Origin: an uncultured Bacillus sp.
Lineage (GTDB): Bacteria; Bacillota; Bacilli; ZCTH02-B2
DNA: 64,000 bases
NCBI GenBank assembly: GCA_947085265.1
Contig: CAMTVR010000012.1
Location: 486,025 to 550,024, forward strand
Direction: 5' to 3'
The notes beneath the pieces are model-generated. The model had not been told where the DNA came from. It worked only from the letters and a program-made list of their open reading frames with translations, and searched no databases. Each line of letters opens with the position of its first letter. The stretch's first letter is position 1. Positions 62,623 to 64,000 of the stretch are shown in pieces. The position numbers were made by a program, and so were the translations under genes.

Positions 62623-63771
62623 TCAGATGTTCATTTGCTTGGCGATGATTTCTTTCATGATCTCATCCGTCCCGCCGCCAATCCGGTACAACCGCGTATC
62701 CCGCCAGATGCGCTGGATCGGATATTCCATCATATAACCGTACCCGCCGAAAATCTGCAACGCCCGATCCGCCACCCAATGGGCCACTTGGGCGGCAACC
62801 AGTTTCGCCATGGAAATCTCTTTCGTCGGCACCTCGCCACGTGCAAAGCGATAGGTTGCCGCATACGTCAGATGACGCGCCGCCTCGATTTCCGTCGCCA
62901 TCTCAGCCAGCAAGTGGGCGATCACCTGAAATTGGCTGAGCGGCCGTTGAAACGCCTTCCGTTCTTTGGCGTAATCGCGGGCCAGTTCATAGGCGTACTG
63001 TGCCATGCCGACTGCACCGGCCGCCCCGATGAGGCGTTCTCCCTGCAATTGCCACATGATCTGGTAAAATCCCTTCCCCTCTTCGCCAAGGAGGTTTTCC
63101 TGCGGCACCCGCACATGGTCAAAAACGATCTCAGCCGTATCCGAAGAACGCATGCCGACCTTATCCAGCTTCCGGCTGATCGTGACACCGGGCCGGTCCA
63201 GCTCCACCAGAAAGAGGCTCAACCCCTCGTACCCCGGTTTATCCGATGTGCGGACCACCATCGTGATAAAATCAGCCCGCGGACCATTGGTGATAAACGT
63301 TTTGCTGCCGTTGATCACCCAATCATCCCCGTCACGCACCGCCCGCGTCTGGATGCTCGCCACATCAGACCCATGGTTGGGCTCGATAATTCCGATGGCC
63401 GCTAACTTTTCCCCGCGGATCGCTGGCTTCAAAAAGCGCTCGATCTGATCCGGCGTGCCAAATTCTAGGATCGGCGGCGTTGCCATGTCCGTCTGCACCG
63501 CTATCGCCATCGGAAATCCCCCAGAGCCACAACGGGCCATCTCTTCCGCCAAAACAATGACGGAAAAATAATCTCCGCCTTGTCCGCCCACCTCTTCCGG
63601 ATAGCGCAATCCCAAAAAGCCCAACTCTCCCATTCGTTTGACAATCTCCCGCGGAAACTCGCCTTTTTCCTCCCATTCCTCGATGTAAGGCGTCACCTCA
63701 TTGGCGATAAACCTGCGAATCACTTTTCGCAGCGCTTCGTGCTCCTCTTGAAAATACGGCGGAAAACGCAC
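62623..63771 (-). CDS. acyl-CoA dehydrogenase
   Basis: EPNHGSD, GSKTFITNG, QIFGGYG, IGGGTDEI. Confidence 0.95.
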   Translation of the reverse strand: MRFPPYFQEEHEALRKVIRRFIANEVTPYIEEWEEKGEFPREIVKRMGELGFLGLRYPEEVGGQGGDYFSVIVLAEEMARCGSGGFPMAIAVQTDMATPPILEFGTPDQIERFLKPAIRGEKLAAIGIIEPNHGSDVASIQTRAVRDGDDWVINGSKTFITNGPRADFITMVVRTSDKPGYEGLSLFLVELDRPGVTISRKLDKVGMRSSDTAEIVFDHVRVPQENLLGEEGKGFYQIMWQLQGERLIGAAGAVGMAQYAYELARDYAKERKAFQRPLSQFQVIAHLLAEMATEIEAARHLTYAATYRFARGEVPTKEISMAKLVAAQVAHWVADRALQIFGGYGYMMEYPIQRIWRDTRLYRIGGGTDEIMKEIIAKQMNI

Positions 63772-63847
63772 CTCTGACCCCCCATTTCTCTGGCTCCATG
63801 ACCATCCGGTCTCATCCTGCAAGGCCCCTCCGTCATGAGATGGACCA

Positions 63848-64000
63848 TCAGCCAGCCGGTTTTTTGGCTACCAGGATTTTCTTCATCGCGCTGACCACCA
63901 CTTCACCGGTCTGCTTCTTAATCTCCTGATGAAAGGTCAATACGCCCCCCTTCTCCCCTTTATCTTTCTTCTCCGTCACTTCGGACTCCACATGAATGGT
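63848..64000 (-). CDS. MaoC-like dehydratase, 3' end only
   Basis: Manual translation TIHVESEVTEKKDKGEKGGVLTFHQEIKKQTGEVVV... hot-dog fold C-terminal pattern. Confidence 0.65.
   Translation of the reverse strand, partial: TIHVESEVTEKKDKGEKGGVLTFHQEIKKQTGEVVVSAMKKILVAKKPAG

Noticed and set aside
62107-63405. 432 aa plus-strand ORF and similar long antisense ORFs (e.g. 2410-3246, 6959-7711, 50859-51640)
   Set aside because: Shadow frames opposite well-supported genes, with no motifs or RBS

Overview
Chromosomal segment of a moderately GC-rich, spore-forming Bacillota (Bacillales-like; speA/SR1P/yktB synteny, spore coat genes, lia genes). The left third is a respiratory and metal-handling region: a System I cytochrome c maturation operon with a CxxxY-type CcmE, a CDF exporter, ktrB, dusB, sco, a b(o/a)3-type oxidase (cbaD-B-A), cytochrome c551, a nosD-L-Y-F cassette with no nosZ, and a two-component system. 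It ends with a PCYCGC lipoprotein gene whose second CxxC is written TGA-x-x-Cys and is followed by a SECIS-like hairpin; this candidate selenoprotein is the top finding. The middle holds a hypF remnant joined to a nickel permease gene, an ECF sigma/anti-sigma pair, cysK, speA, SR1P, an SOS polY-yolD cassette, a pspA-pspC-pspA-liaFSR operon, four tRNAs, ddl, ilvD and sodA. The right end is an acyl-CoA catabolic cluster (four AMP-forming ligases, two acyl-CoA dehydrogenases, a partial MaoC gene) containing a ~290 bp IS30-like miniature element. No CRISPR array, rRNA or prophage was seen. All family calls come from motif recognition by eye, not database searches.
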